Assembly: GCA_034780895.1 (NCBI GenBank)
Contig: JAUZTB010000033.1
Coordinates: 30,661,820 to 30,725,819 of the forward strand
Direction: 5' to 3'
DNA length: 64,000 nt
From: Rhynchobatus australiae
Lineage: Eukaryota
The translations under genes were made by a program, and so were the position numbers. The notes under the pieces are model-generated. The model did not search any database. It had not been told where the DNA came from and saw only the letters and a program-made list of their open reading frames with translations. Each line of letters opens with the position of its first letter. The first letter of the stretch is position 1. Below, piece by piece: positions 23,346 through 36,609 of the stretch.

Positions 23346-26192
23346 AGCTATACTTGAGGCATTTATTAGCTTGCACAACATAAATTCATCTCATGCCGTT
23401 TTGATTTTTTTTGTTGTGATTATACAATGAGGCATCAATTCAGCAATTTTGAGTTTGAGACACAGTGTCATAGAACCCATCTGACACCGTGTATCTGATG
23501 GTTATAACAGGGCCAGAACTAAAACTGCAATGGCAAAAGATTTATCTCAACAATGTTATATAGCTTTATAAGATGGATGGTATGGATTATAAAAGGTTTG
23601 GCTTGCAAGTTAGAAATTATTGATGGCAGTGGTCCTTTAAACTGTGTTAATAGTAAAAAAGTGTGGCAGAAATGCTGCTATAAAACAGGCAATGACTCTA
23701 CCCTGTGAAATCCTGTCAAAGGGCTGTTCCTGAGAAGAGATACAATCTGTGCTGCTTTGCTTCTGTAAACATCACCTTCAAACCAATGCTTGCGGGCCAT
23801 ACAAAAAAATCAAGCTTGTTCTGACTACACTTGCTCATCATCTTTCTGGTGATTGTTGCAAGTGTTCTGATTTGTGACTTCTGTGTCCAATTCACCAAGT
23901 TAAACTGCAGGGGTCAATCGAATTAGAGAAGGGGGTCATTTAGATGTCTTTTGCAGGTTTGTTAACTACAGTTACTATTGACTACTTAGTGGTAATCCTT
24001 TGGCAGAGTACCACCATATAAACTTATTCCTTAAGATAAAGACTAAGGCTATGAAAACTCTCCTTTTGATAATTCTATTTATTCTTCCAATGACTTTTCC
24101 CAATAGAGAAGGAATTCCACTATGTATATTACAATACCACAGTAACCATTTAGCATTCTTCTACTGGTAATTGGACTCTGCAGTGTTCGATGGACAGCTG
24201 AGAAGTGAAGTCTAGATATGAAAGTGAGCAACGTGACAGAGTATAGATGTCTAGCTTATCAGCTTTCAGGCTTCTTACATTGCTACTTGTCAAGCCTGGC
24301 TCTCCATAGTGACATGTGTAATTGGGATAAGCCAATTGGTAGATAAATTAAGCACAACATTTGTTGCCTTCTGGTGCATCACTATTGTTACACATTCTGC
24401 TTAACATTATATTCACACCTTCAATGTATAAGAAGGAAAGACCATCATAACCACAGCCCAAGCCCAACCCCGCATAGTGACCTCTTATCTCCTGTTTTGA
24501 TTACTCTTCCGTCAGCCCATAAGTATCTGTCAATAGCTTGTTTGCTGTGGAGTAAATTGCTTTCAGATGAATAGTCATTTAAATCCAACATAGACAGCAG
24601 TGGAATAGAAAAGAATCCAACTATTTCTGTTTTTAGTGTGTGACTTTTTGAAGTCATCTGTATTTCCACCTCAACTGAAGATGTTTTAGGCCTCCACTTG
24701 TCTAAACACACCCTAGTGAGTCAAGAACTGTGCAGCACATAACATTTGTTAGTTTGCAACAGGGTAACTGATTGGAATCTAATCCATGGTAGCAGGGGGT
24801 TAAAAAATAATTAGTTTGATCTCCCAGTCCTCACCCTCTCCAGTCAGCCTTTTAGACATGTGTGGTCATCTTGATCAGACTCTTATCTATCTCCATCATC
24901 AAATAGACAAATGATATTCACTGTCCAAGCCTATAGTTAAAATGAACAACTTGAGTGGAGTGGTCAGAATTCTGCAGACACTCATGGAATCATATCCAAG
25001 AGAAATGCGTGTTTTCGGGAAACAAGGAGAGAAGTTGGGAAGTGATGGGGATAGGAGAGAGAAAAGAACCTCAGCAAGGCATGCATGTACCTTTCACATA
25101 ACTCAAACCATTCAGGAACTAATGTATTGGTATCTCTTACATACTTGATGAAAGACATAATTAAGAAGCAATTAAACTTCAATTGTAGTTCCTAATCACA
25201 TACTGGCTTCATTTACACAATTTTTAAAATTTCAAATGTCAGTTAAATTAAATATTTGGAAGGAACAAAAATAAAATGATGAACATGGAATAATTTTTTA
25301 CCTGAAATCGTTTATAAGGGAGAAGGAACTACTGTTCTATTTGATTAGTAAGACGACGTTTATCAGGTCACTGGACAGACAGAGCAAATTGTGGCCAATT
25401 TTCAAAAAAAGAAAATTAGGCAAACTCTAATTTCTGAGCCACAACTCATTCCCCTTCTACTTCCCCAGACATCTGTAAGTATTAATGCTGAAACCGACAC
25501 AAGAGTCAGTTTGGCTAATGCGGTAAGTGGAAATGTAGCCAAAGGAAGCTGCCCAACAGCATTAACCAATTTGACTACTGGCAGCTTAAACTCTGAGCAA
25601 CAGCCTGCTCCTGTCCTTGAATATGGAAACCTCTCAGAGCAGAAGCTCATGTTTTTTTCAGTAGAAGGAAATGATTTTGTCCCTGTTTTCCCACCAAGCC
25701 ATGACTTAAACTGTGGGCAGCCAGTTCCTAAGTATTACTTGGTGATTACCACTAGTGAGTGTAAGTGAGTTGGGTGGTGACCCTTCTTGACTGGCCAGCT
25801 GATTAGTCAGCAGATTTGTGAGAGCACAGCTGAGATATAGAACTCATTGTATGGGAAAACCAAGGTATAGATATATACTTGCCCTAGCAACTGGTCCACA
25901 CACTAATAGTGTGGACAGGAAGGACTGGCACATTAAACTAAGAGTTGCTGCTGGCCACATATAATGTCACAACTCCTGATTTTATCTCTATGCTGTACCC
26001 TGTAGAATCTCAGCCTATAATGAAGTAACAAGCAGGGCGTGCAAAGTAATATGCAGTAAACTATTCAACATTCTTGACTGCATATAGTACATGTGCACTA
26101 TGAAGCCCACATGATCAAGATCATAATCCCCAAAATTAAAATTAAGCATATGGCAAAATTATTAGGTTAGGTCTTTTGTAATTAGTTATGTT

Positions 26193-26524
26193 GGAACATA
26201 GAACAGTACAGCACAGGAACAGGCCCTTCAGCCCACAATGTTGTGCCATGCTAATTATACGTCCAAGTAAACTAATCCCTTCTGCCTACACCATGTCCAT
26301 ATCCTTCCATTCTCTGCACATTCTTGTGCCTATCTAAGAGCCTCTATCGTAATGCCTCTATCGTAACGCCTCTATCGTAACACCTCTATCGTATTTGCCT
26401 CCACTACCACCCTGGTAGCACATTCCAGGCACTCACCACTCTCAGCATGAAAAAAAACCTTGACTCACCTATCTCCTTTGAACTTCCCCCTCTCACCTTA
26501 AATTCATGGCCCCCTAGTATTAGA
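26193..26524 (-). mobile_element. CR1 LINE 3' end (relatively young)
   Basis: GAACATAGAACAGTACAGCACAGGAACAGGCCCTTCAGCCCACAATGTTGTGCC..ATTCCAGGCACTCACCACTCTC..TCTCCTTTGAACTTCCCCCCTCTCACCTTAAA. Confidence 0.85.
26340..26393. repeat. 14-bp tandem repeat (GCCTCTATCGTAAY) x4 inside the CR1
   Basis: Units start at 26340, 26354, 26368 and 26382. Confidence 0.95.
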
Positions 26525-27219
26525 AGAATACATTGATATCAAGGAATATGCAGTCTGATGTCTAGGAAAGTTGCACACATAAATGCCATGCAAAATCATG
26601 ATAAAGATTAATTAGGGTTTTTATTTTCTGTTCTTTTCGCATCTACAAACCTGGAACAACATTGAACTGCTGTGATTCTACCTGCAAGCCTATGATTATT
26701 TCGTTCATTATTTATAACAGGAAGGAACTGAGTCCAGTTCAACTGAACAACCCTGACCCAAGTTCACTTCTGATCCAAATTATTCAAGTTATTTATAGAC
26801 ATAAATAACAACCTAAAATTGGTTCACTGTATGAGCATGAATTTGAATCCAACTAAAATAGGAAACAATTAAAAAGAAAACTCTTTGATGATTCAGTTGA
26901 TAAGATTACAGCAATTGAGGTTCAATTTCTATTTTGTACCGATTTGGTTTTTGTCAGACAAGATGACAGTGTAATTGTCAAACTGAACTCTGGACTAGGA
27001 TGTGAAGGCATAGAAACAGCCAAAGTTCTCAGTGGGTTTTACTGTAATGTTCTGTATGTGGGAAGAACAGGTTGGGCTTGGCTACTATGTCACTCAGCAC
27101 ACACTTACACAGAATGTTGATTAAATATGAAAGTTGGACAACATCCATTAAATTTTTACTTGAAGATACAGATTGATGGGGCACAAAGAAGATAAAACAC
27201 AAAAGAACATTCATCTAAA

Positions 27220-27400
27220 ATAAAGAAGTTGCATTTACATAGCCTCAAAAAGGGCTTTGATTTAGCCACAAGTAAAAACTTCAGTTTGAATTCTCATCTA
27301 AAAAGTAGTATTTTCAACAGTGCAGTATTCCCTCTGTGATGCATTGTAAGAGTGGTTGGGATTATGTGTTCGTTGGTTGCAGACTGAACACACAATTTTC
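27220..27400 (-). mobile_element. Deu-domain SINE relic (internally deleted)
   Basis: TTGCATTTACATAGC tail and TCTCATCTAAAAAG..AACAGTGCAGTATTCCCTC..GATTATGTGTTC..GACTGAACACACAA head on the minus strand. Confidence 0.65.
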
Positions 27401-28659
27401 TAAAATAAAAGACAATTAAAAGTAACTGAAGAAGATGTATGACATTTCACTTACTGTTTGCAGACATTCTACATATTTCTGGAACTAAGTGTAATCCTAA
27501 CTGGTGCTGCCTTTGCTAGTGGANNNNNNNNNNNNNNNNNNNNNNNNNNNNNNNNNNNNNNNNNNNNNNNNNNNNNNNNNNNNNNNNNNNNNNNNNNNNN
27601 NNNNNNNNNNNNNNNNNNNNNNNNNNNNNNNNNNNNNNNNNNNNNNNNNNNNNNNNNNNNNNNNNNNNNNNNNNNNNNNNNNNNNNNNNNNNNNNNNNNN
27701 NNNNNNNNNNNNNNNNNNNNNNNNNNNAGTCTTGCTGATATAAGTGAAGTGGGAATTGGATGCTCCCTGGAACTTTATAAACATGCATTCTAGACATGGA
27801 TACATGTTGAATCAGGGCCGCCTGGGCTTTTGGCTGTGCAGTCATGTTTAACACGGTTTGACAGCTTTCAAATAACATATGCATCTAACTCTAAAACTTT
27901 GTGAGTAAAAGCCATCAGTATCTATCACTCAATAATTGAGAATGCGAGAAAACTAATTTGTAACTTTTGAACTTTTTAAAATAATGGCCTTAGATGAGCA
28001 CTAAATCATATTTTATATATGCTTTATACATACAGATATAAATACAAGTGGGTAATGAAAATTTGGAGAATGTACTGTTTCATAAGCAAGAAGTGGACAA
28101 GAAAGCAATATGCAGCTGAAAGGATTTTCAAAGAGCTTTAAGGAAGATCTACTCTAAGATGGTGAAGCATACGTTAAAATCTGCAACAGTGTAAAAGATG
28201 TCAAGGAGCATACAAACTCTGGGAATGTTAGCTGAGCGTCCTGTGGTCAAATCATAAAAGAATTAAAATTGACAGTAGGACTGCAGAATTGACAAATTGC
28301 GAGAGCTGGAGAAAATAAAACTAGAGCACAAGACTTCAAAGCTGGTTTTCTCAATAACGTTAGCAATACTGCACTATAAGGCTAACAGAAAGAACTAAAA
28401 AAAATCTTAGCAAGCTGAATAGTTGTGGAAAGAATTCTACAGTTGGGACCATACTACATATTTGAGAAATTGGAGGTTTTGCAACTGGAAGTGGCTGTGC
28501 AGAGAACAAACTCCAGTTGAACCAATATCAAGTGTAGGTAGAGCTGTGGGAAGTATTTAAATTAATAAATTAAAGAAGTGAAATGGATAGTCCTTCTCCA
28601 TGTGATCTAAGCATAGTAAAAGAACAAACTGGAAGATATTAAGCTCAAAGATGTTGAAA

Positions 28660-28880
28660 TTGGAAAGTGATAAGGATCAATGCTGGGACTAATAGTTCAC
28701 AATTGAACAATGGAATCTAAGTCATAACTTCCTGTTTTGCATGTGACAATATATTAGTCAATACTGAGAAGGTCTGTAACAAACTTTTCAAAATGGCCAT
28801 GTAATTGGGAAATTAATTTCAACACAATTAAGAAGAGATTACATTTTGGTAAGGGAAATATGAAACTCTTATATTACTTG
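28660..28880 (+). mobile_element. Highly decayed CR1 RT fragment
   Basis: GSMLG (GGATCAATGCTGGGA), FACD (FADD remnant), KWPCNWEINFN and LHFGKGN remnants in the expected order. Confidence 0.55.
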
Positions 28881-31004
28881 TTAAATCAGAATCAAACAGG
28901 TAAAAAGGATTCCCAATGCACAAAGGCAAAAATCATTAATATCAAATCCTTTTATCAGTTGAACATTAATTAGACCATAACAATGTATTGTTAAAATACT
29001 CTGTTATAGTCAGCCTCAATTCCACAAGACTACCAAAGAAGAACTATAGAGGAACAGTGGATTCTATGAAAATGTTTCAAATAGCTAGTGATGAGGATAG
29101 GTCAAGTTAAAGGGCTAAGGTGCATCCAGATGCAAATTGGCAAAAGGACTTCAGACCAAAATTTCTATGCTTCAGAAAACATCTGCATATATAGTTTCTC
29201 TTGCAAAAACAAATTGATGTACCTTATCATATCTACTGTGCCTTTCACAAATATGTATTTTTACACTTTCCTATATTACTAGCCAATTAAAGATGAATAT
29301 CAATTTATAGCCAAGGCAGGTGCAGAGGATTTTTGGATTATTCCTAAAGTTAAATTGTTTTTTGTATTTCTTTATTATCTTCTGTAACAATTTCTTGCAA
29401 CAGTAGCAGTTGTTATGGTAAGGACAGATGAAGGGATTTACCAATTCTTTGGACATATCCAAGACCACAAGCAGCAATAATAACCAAATGATAGAACACA
29501 GTGGCAAATTATTCAACAGGGAATGATAATTATCAACATAAGTAATCTAACTTCTATGCATTCCATATGAAATAATATTACAAAATTGGAATGTATTCCC
29601 TGCTAAATAACACAACCACTTTGCATTCTATAGAATGGTGCTCCCAATAAATGCTATATAGAACATATTATACATTCCAGACAATGACACAACACCATTT
29701 GATTCATGTGGAATAACACCACCATTATATATCCTACATGGGAAGAACATGGTTGCAATCATTTTTGTACTAAATAATACAGCCACTATGTATTCATGAA
29801 GAATTAGGGTACTGCGACTCCTTATTTTTGGTTCATTGAATATTCTGTTCTGGTTAACTAGAAGACAAAAATAATGCATCTTGTGAATTCAAAGATACAG
29901 ATGATATTTATTCTTCTCCCATCTCTTGAATCCCCAATGTTCTTCACCAGCATTGAGAGCTTATACCTAATAAATGGCAAACTTACAAGTGGTCTTTGAA
30001 GGTCAGATCCTAAGTAGATTATGTCTGGTATTTATACCAGTAGGATCTGGATATTGAGATTGTATTAGTTTATTTTTACCCATATTATTATTACATCTCC
30101 TCCCAATGTTCACATACTTAAAATTGTTTGAATCAAAGCCTAAATGAAAAGTATATTCCTGTATGATGAACCAAAGGATACAGCACCCAAGGTTTCTGCA
30201 ATATTCAAACTCTGGCTAACTTAAATTTCAATCTAAAGAAGAAATAAGTGTCATGTTATCTTACATGATGCCCCAGCTTGACTTTGATATATTGTAATAA
30301 CTTAAGGATTTTTTAATTACTCAGTGTGATGTTTCCATGCAATTACGTAAACAATACAAACACTATGTATTCTGAAAATAGTTTCATAATTTTACTATAT
30401 ACATCTAGTCAAAAGTTTTATTAAATTCACATCTCTGCTTACATTGAGAGGAAGAAAGAGAGTTTGCTCCTTAAGGGTTAAGCACATTTACCCGTGCTAA
30501 TTTTATGTCTCAGAGACCTTAAACTAAAAGTCATCCCTGGGTTCAGAGAATCACTTTCTAGCTGAGAGATACAGTCTTGATTTACCATGTAGGCCAAAGT
30601 TGATATAGCAGCTTAGTGGTTTAATAAGCATTTAAATGTCAAATTAGGTCGTTGCGCCTACCATAGACCAACATCATTGGCATTTTCCCTGATCCACATT
30701 GAGAATTAAAAATCCAGCTCTCACACATAGCAAGTATATCTGTGCTACAAGTTACTGTTTTCTGAAGCAGATAACCATCAGGTAGGATGCCACTGAACAG
30801 AGTTCACAAAGAATCTTCAAACAAGCCTGTGTTTGTACCGGAGACAAACTGCCCATTGTATTTCAGAAATGCAGTTTGGAATTCAAACCAGATCGGCTTG
30901 AATTTTGGTATTTGTCCAGTATTAGTGTGCACAATGGACATTTTGAGTGATTGTTTTTTTGTTTCCTCCCAGCTCTCTCTCCTCCCCTGAATGTGCTGAT
31001 TCAT

Positions 31005-31180
31005 TCAAGGGGGCAGTTCCACAGGTAACAGCTTCTTTTCAATATCTCACCCAAAGGAGCATTCACCTATCTGAGAAGTGATAATGAGTGCCACTGGCAA
31101 ATTCAGCCTTGTGTGGTAACACAACAGATTAACCTGTCCTCACCTGATGCCCAAATGCCTTCATTCTCAACCAAAGGGAG
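31005..31180 (-). mobile_element. Old SINE 3' part (same unnamed family)
   Basis: CAGTTCCACAGG..TATCTCACCCAA..GAGTG..CCTGTCCTCACCTGATGCCCA. Confidence 0.45.
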
Positions 31181-33104
31181 GCCATTTAAAAGAGAGTTGA
31201 GATGAAAAGTATGTGATAGGAAATGGGAAGCTAATTAAAGAGAAAGGGTCACAGATTTGATTCTTCAAGTAAATGGCCAATCCCTAGCAAGGTTATCCGT
31301 ATTTCTCCAGCAGGGGAAGAGGGTGCTGGAGATATAACTGAGTGTTCACCTCAGTTTACTGTTTTTAAACCTACTAGCACTTGCCTTGCTTAGGGTGAAT
31401 CCCCCACCTACCTCTCTCTCTGTCAGGAAGTGGAAATTTACACGGACAGAAACTGATGTGGAGTAAGTTTTATTACTTTCATTCCCTATCCTGGACTGAA
31501 TATTGAGACCAGCCAGGGCACAAACAAAGATTTGATCACATCAAGAATTCACTTCAATTAAACTTACATCACAGTCAATATGATTCTTTTTGTCACTGAA
31601 GAAGACTTTCACTTCCTGGTAGGATTTGCAAAAAGCTACTGAATGAAAAGGGAAGCTGCTGCTTCGAGGGACGTTTTATAACCGGCAGTCAATGGCTCTT
31701 CCTCTCCCCTCCCCCTCTCCTGCCCGTGAGGGGCAGGTGCTGCTGCATTCATTCTCTAATGTAGACTGAGAAAAGGCCTCATTAGCATTAATGTGCATGC
31801 CTGGAATCTGAAAGAACAAACTTCTGTCCTGCTACTTATTTGCTAAAATTATTTTAAGTGGTCGTACACTCACTGAGGCTTTAGTTCCTTAGTGGTGGAG
31901 CCTCAGCAAACTGACTCCTCCTTCTACCCTCTCTACTGTGAAGAAGTGAAACTCAGGGATTTTTCAAATTTTTATTAATTCTCTAAAGATAACTAAAGCG
32001 AGGATAGCTACTTACAGTGACTGACTTCCCTTTGCAACACAAATTGTGAATCTGGAAGGTATTGAATGCAAAAGCAGTACAGTGCTAATCAAAGCACTAC
32101 TAATTTCCTGATCAACTATTAGCCCACGACTCTAATGTTCAAGTCCACATATGAAAAATAGCATTGCAGGAATAATGACAGTTGTGAAATAACTAATTTT
32201 GTTTGATTTATTTCTGCAACATTGCTATGTATTACAGAAATACTGTGCCACATCTGGAGAAGTTTTCTGAGCACCTCTTGTGTTACTATATGGGTAGGAC
32301 ATAAAATACTTTTTACATTCTTTGTCTAATTCTTCTCTTGGTTCTAACTTCCAGCTTCTCAAGTCACTGAAACTCTTTTTTTTGTTCTCCTTTATTAATT
32401 CCCCCAAGGTTGGTAATAATCGGAAACAATTTAAGTGTTAGCTCCACTTCCTCCTAACTGTATTCTCACTATTCAAATAAAAAAAATCATCCTGTGGCCT
32501 ACTTCAATTAATTATTTCATGGGATTGTAGAACTGTGAAACTCCTTATATTAATAAATCTTCCTTTCTTTATACCAGCTACAGGTTTTGAAAAATCTAAG
32601 ACAGGCTTCTATCAATTGGTTTTACTTGATCTGTCCTTCTCATGATCTGTATATTCTTTCTTCCCCATGTTAATGTTCTCCTTTAATCTCGCCCAACATC
32701 CTCCTTGCTGGCCAAGTCTCCACCCGCCATTGCAAAGAAAAGAACTTAAATTGATGCAGTGATCATTAAGCAGTCACAATATCCGACAGTAGTTCATGGA
32801 CAAAGAATTCCTCTTGAAATACAATCACTCCTGCAATGTTTTAAAAGTAGCAATCATTTTGAACAGCACAAAGCACACAATAAACATTGAAATAAGCGAT
32901 GAATTTAGTGAGAGTTCCAACCTGTCCAAAGCATTATTGCCTGTATCCTTTACTGAACTAATCTCCATTGCTCCATCATAAAATCATCAATGGGCTGCTA
33001 CAAGTGATTTCAAATACTTAAAGGCCCATTCAAATAATAGCATAGTGGGGGTGTTGTGGAGTGGCAGGTTAAAATTAGGAATGTTGAGCTTGCACTATTC
33101 AGCT

Positions 33105-33370
33105 TTGTTCTCTAAATCTTCTATAACCTCACCTCTGCTATGTCGACAACCTTCATCAGTCTCATTGCCTACTACCACAACCTCCTTGGCCACTCAGACT
33201 CCTGAATTTGTAACTCTAATGATCTGTGCATCCCACCCTCTTTTGGTGCCAACATCAGCTCAAAGCATTCAGATAACTAGGTCTTTACCCTCTTAAATCC
33301 TTCAATTTCTTGGCTCCACTTTTCAAAAACTTGTTCATACTCATCTTTTCAATAAGCTTTCAGTTATCTT
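33105..33370 (+). mobile_element. L2 3' region relic
   Basis: Pyrimidine-rich ..AACCTCCT..TGTGCATCCC..TTCAAAAACTTG..CATCTTTTCAATAAGCTTTCAGT, resembling the L2 C-terminus and 3' UTR. Confidence 0.45.
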
Positions 33371-33883
33371 TGTTATTTCTCACTTCTTGATTCACTATCC
33401 TTTACTTTATCAGTTGATTTATTCCCTACACCCCCATCCCAGAGACATGTCCATACTGGAGTTGTACTATAACCACTGTTCTCATGGTTAGTATCTATCT
33501 TATCTCATCTGGGTGTTCTAGCCTTGTCCTTCATCTGGCATTCTTAATCAAAAAAAAGTTCATGGTTGTCTGATTTATTCCTTTTCTCATGATAGATGCT
33601 CATGCTCACAAACACATATTTGGACTCAGGATTGTATTTCCTTTAGAATCTTGTGATCTATCATAAATGATGGTAATTCAAATTCCTTTAGTCTTTGATA
33701 CTTTTCTCCAGTTTTTCCCTGCCCTTCTGAAAAACACAGAACCTCGGAGAGACAAGGTTTCCAAAGAACTTGTCTGTTTGATTTTAATTGTGCGAGATTT
33801 CACAATTATGTCAGCAAGCTAATCAACAGTGGGAGGCAACGCAGGTAAGGCATTAAATATCACCCATTACTGTGTCCATGTCT

Positions 33884-33962
33884 TAAGAACATAAAACAGT
33901 ACAGCACAGGAACAGGCTCTTTGGCCCTTTATGCCTGTGTTGACCACGATGCCAATTTAAAC
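33884..33962 (-). mobile_element. CR1 3' tail (short)
   Basis: AAGAACATAAAACAGTACAGCACAGGAACAGGCTCTTTGGCCC, the same tail as at 26193. Confidence 0.8.
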
Positions 33963-35464
33963 ATGTACACTCTCCAGCTGGAGTCTTTGAATAGAAAGTA
34001 GTATCGAGGAACCTCGGCAGATTTTTCTCCTCTCTGCTCTAAGACACTAATATAAAACCCACCTCAAAAGGGAACAAATAACTCAGCATTGATTGATGGG
34101 AGCCAGCAGTTACTCAGCATTGAGTAATTGCTCCCAATCACTTCTGAAAATAAATCTTGCATTTGCCCATTGCTTAAAGAGTAGCAGGAATTAGTAATTA
34201 CTCTGTGCGTATGCCTGTTTGTGTGTTTGCAATGTTATGCAGGTCTGCATGTATGTGTTTGCATTTGAGTGTGAGTGCATGCACTTAAACACATGCATTT
34301 CTGTACATATACTGTATATGTACAATAGTAGGAAGGGGAAGAGCAGGCAACAAGTGAGTATTATTCTCAGTGCTGGTGAAGAGCCACACATGAAAAATTA
34401 ATTTATTGAATCCACAGATGCTGACTCACCTCCTTTATGTAACAATCTATGTTGTTATTTTAGATTGGAAGCACTTGAAGTTTTTGCTTTTTATTTGCCT
34501 GTCTTCTCAGCCTGAGCACTGATGTGTTTGCCATTCATGGAGTCTGTTAATCTCAGACATCAAAACTCAGGATGCATCATATAAAGCAAGTGAAAGAAAT
34601 GCTGTGGGATTTCTACAGTGGAGTTAAGTCTAGCAAACCGTTCCAAAGGATTTTTGGGTTGGACAGAGTGATGGAAAATTATCTGATAAATATGGTCTTT
34701 TGAGCTGAATGTCAGTAAGGTTAATAGACATATTAAACTGATGAAAACTAAAACTAGTTACTTAAGTGTATATTATGGTAACTGCCTCCATATGACATGT
34801 GACATTAATATGTAGCTCTTTCATGTCTTTTAAACAAACAATAAAAGGTCTGATTTTAATGAAAAACTGAACCAGTGCCAATGTCCTGGAAAAAAGTATT
34901 TAACATTGACTCTATAGAGTAAATCATAAGCTGAAATTATCAGAGCCACACAGTGACGCAAAGCCCCTTTTCATCACATTTCTCATTGATTATGCACACT
35001 GTAATAGGATTTTTATGCCATATTAAAATAAAATGTCCCTTTTTTGATGAAGGGATGTCTTTGTGACATTTTCCAATAAAGATAAATTGAAAATGAACTT
35101 TGTCAACTGTATTTACTTGTCTTTACCAGAAGTATACGGTAGCCAACGCAATAGATAATATGTTTCCCTTATGAAGAAAATTCCAGGAAATAAAGTATAA
35201 GGGGTAAAGAGAGCTCCTCTGATGGAATTTTATTTGCTGTTAATCATTGCTCTCAATAATGGCATAAAGAAGGCCTTCTCTTCAGCAAAGCTCCTGTTTA
35301 AAAATCAATATCATGACAATTATTTAAACTGGCAGCATTTTCAACAGTATCCAAAATACTTATTCCAAGTACCTTTGAAAGGAAATCATTTTTGAAAATT
35401 AGCCCTTTTTCTCCAGTTGATAATTACTGGAGAGTTAATGTGATATGGAACTGTAGAAACACTC

Positions 35465-35700
35465 TTTATGTGTTGATCTTATCAATCTCAGCCAGGGTAG
35501 AAATAAGGGAGACTAAAAGTTGAGCTCAAAACCAGAGAAAAATTCTGACTCCTAATCACTATCAGAGACTTCCAGCTGGAAAATGAAATATAAATGAATA
35601 TTTGGTAAGAATTCGATCAGACTTGACTCTGATTTCCCCATTGCCTGTCTAGCCTCAGTCCTGAAAAGTTGATAGCCACTGTGCTGGGTATCAAAAGTTA
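35465..35700 (+). mobile_element. Old SINE fragment (same unnamed family)
   Basis: ATCTCAGCCAGGGTAG..GACTCCTAATCACTATC..GCTGGAAAATG..GATCAGACTTGACTCTGAT. Confidence 0.5.
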
Positions 35701-36609
35701 CCATTATCTTTGTGACTGTATAACAATATGCAGCAGTCTATTCAAGGGAGGGGGACCTACTTAAAACAAAACTCAAGATTTTTATGGTCTGTATTACTTA
35801 GAAAAATAATGCTGCTGAACTGCTGGCTAAGATCCATGGAGGTTTTAATCACAGTGACTGAGTGCAGATTCTGCATCAAAATCAATGACCATCTTAAGAG
35901 GCTCCTATGTAGAACAATTTTAGACATGCACAGTAAAAAATTAAGTCCAAATTTTGTAGCTGTACTGATGGTGAAAATCAGTTTTTGTTGTCATTTGTTT
36001 GATTTCAGAGGATTTGTAGTTAAATACAAATATCCCAAAGTTATTGTCAGTGATTCACCACTTCTACACAGTCTACAATGATCTGCAGTCTGCTCCCCCG
36101 TAATGAACTGGGAAAAAAGTTATTTATGCAGAAACTAAAATATTCTGAAAACTTTGTTTAAATATTGTACCGAGCCATAAGTACTACTTCAAAAATTCTG
36201 GCTTTAATAAACAAATATTAAGTATGAGGATAAGCATTCTCTGAGTACAACAGACTATAATAACAAAAATATTTTTAGATGTTTACTTATGATATACCAT
36301 CTATTACCTGGACATGTATGTTTTGAATTTTTATTATTTGCTCTGTAATACGTTGAAAATATTGGCTAAACATCGTACTGGTTTGCTGTCTATGAGAGTA
36401 CTTCAATATGAATGGCCATTCGGTTGGCTTGATGATAAGACTGTTGCCTGACACCAGAGTTTCCCATGAACTGATGTCCCACAATTACTGCTATCAGGAA
36501 GAGAGAAGTTTGTGCAACAGAGACTGCTTGATCACTGTGAGCAACTTTCTTCAAGATCAGTAGCAAGAGCTATTGGTTAGCCACCAACTTTAAATCCCAG
36601 ACCAAGTAG

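Noticed and set aside
24252-24262. TAGCTTATCAG, the miR-21 5' end
   Set aside because: Only an 11-nt match, with no precursor hairpin.
25996-26007. TACCCTGTAGAA, the miR-10b 5' end
   Set aside because: The match stops after 12 nt and there is no complementary arm.
26340-26393. Short direct repeats as a CRISPR-like array
   Set aside because: The units are contiguous without spacers and lie in a eukaryotic LINE.
31781-31791. ATTAGCATTAA, the reverse complement of the miR-155 5' end
   Set aside because: Only 11 nt match; the rest of the mature sequence and the hairpin are absent.
34200-34325. Overlapping Cys/Met/His-rich ORFs
   Set aside because: They are the product of a decayed (TG)/(TGCA) microsatellite.
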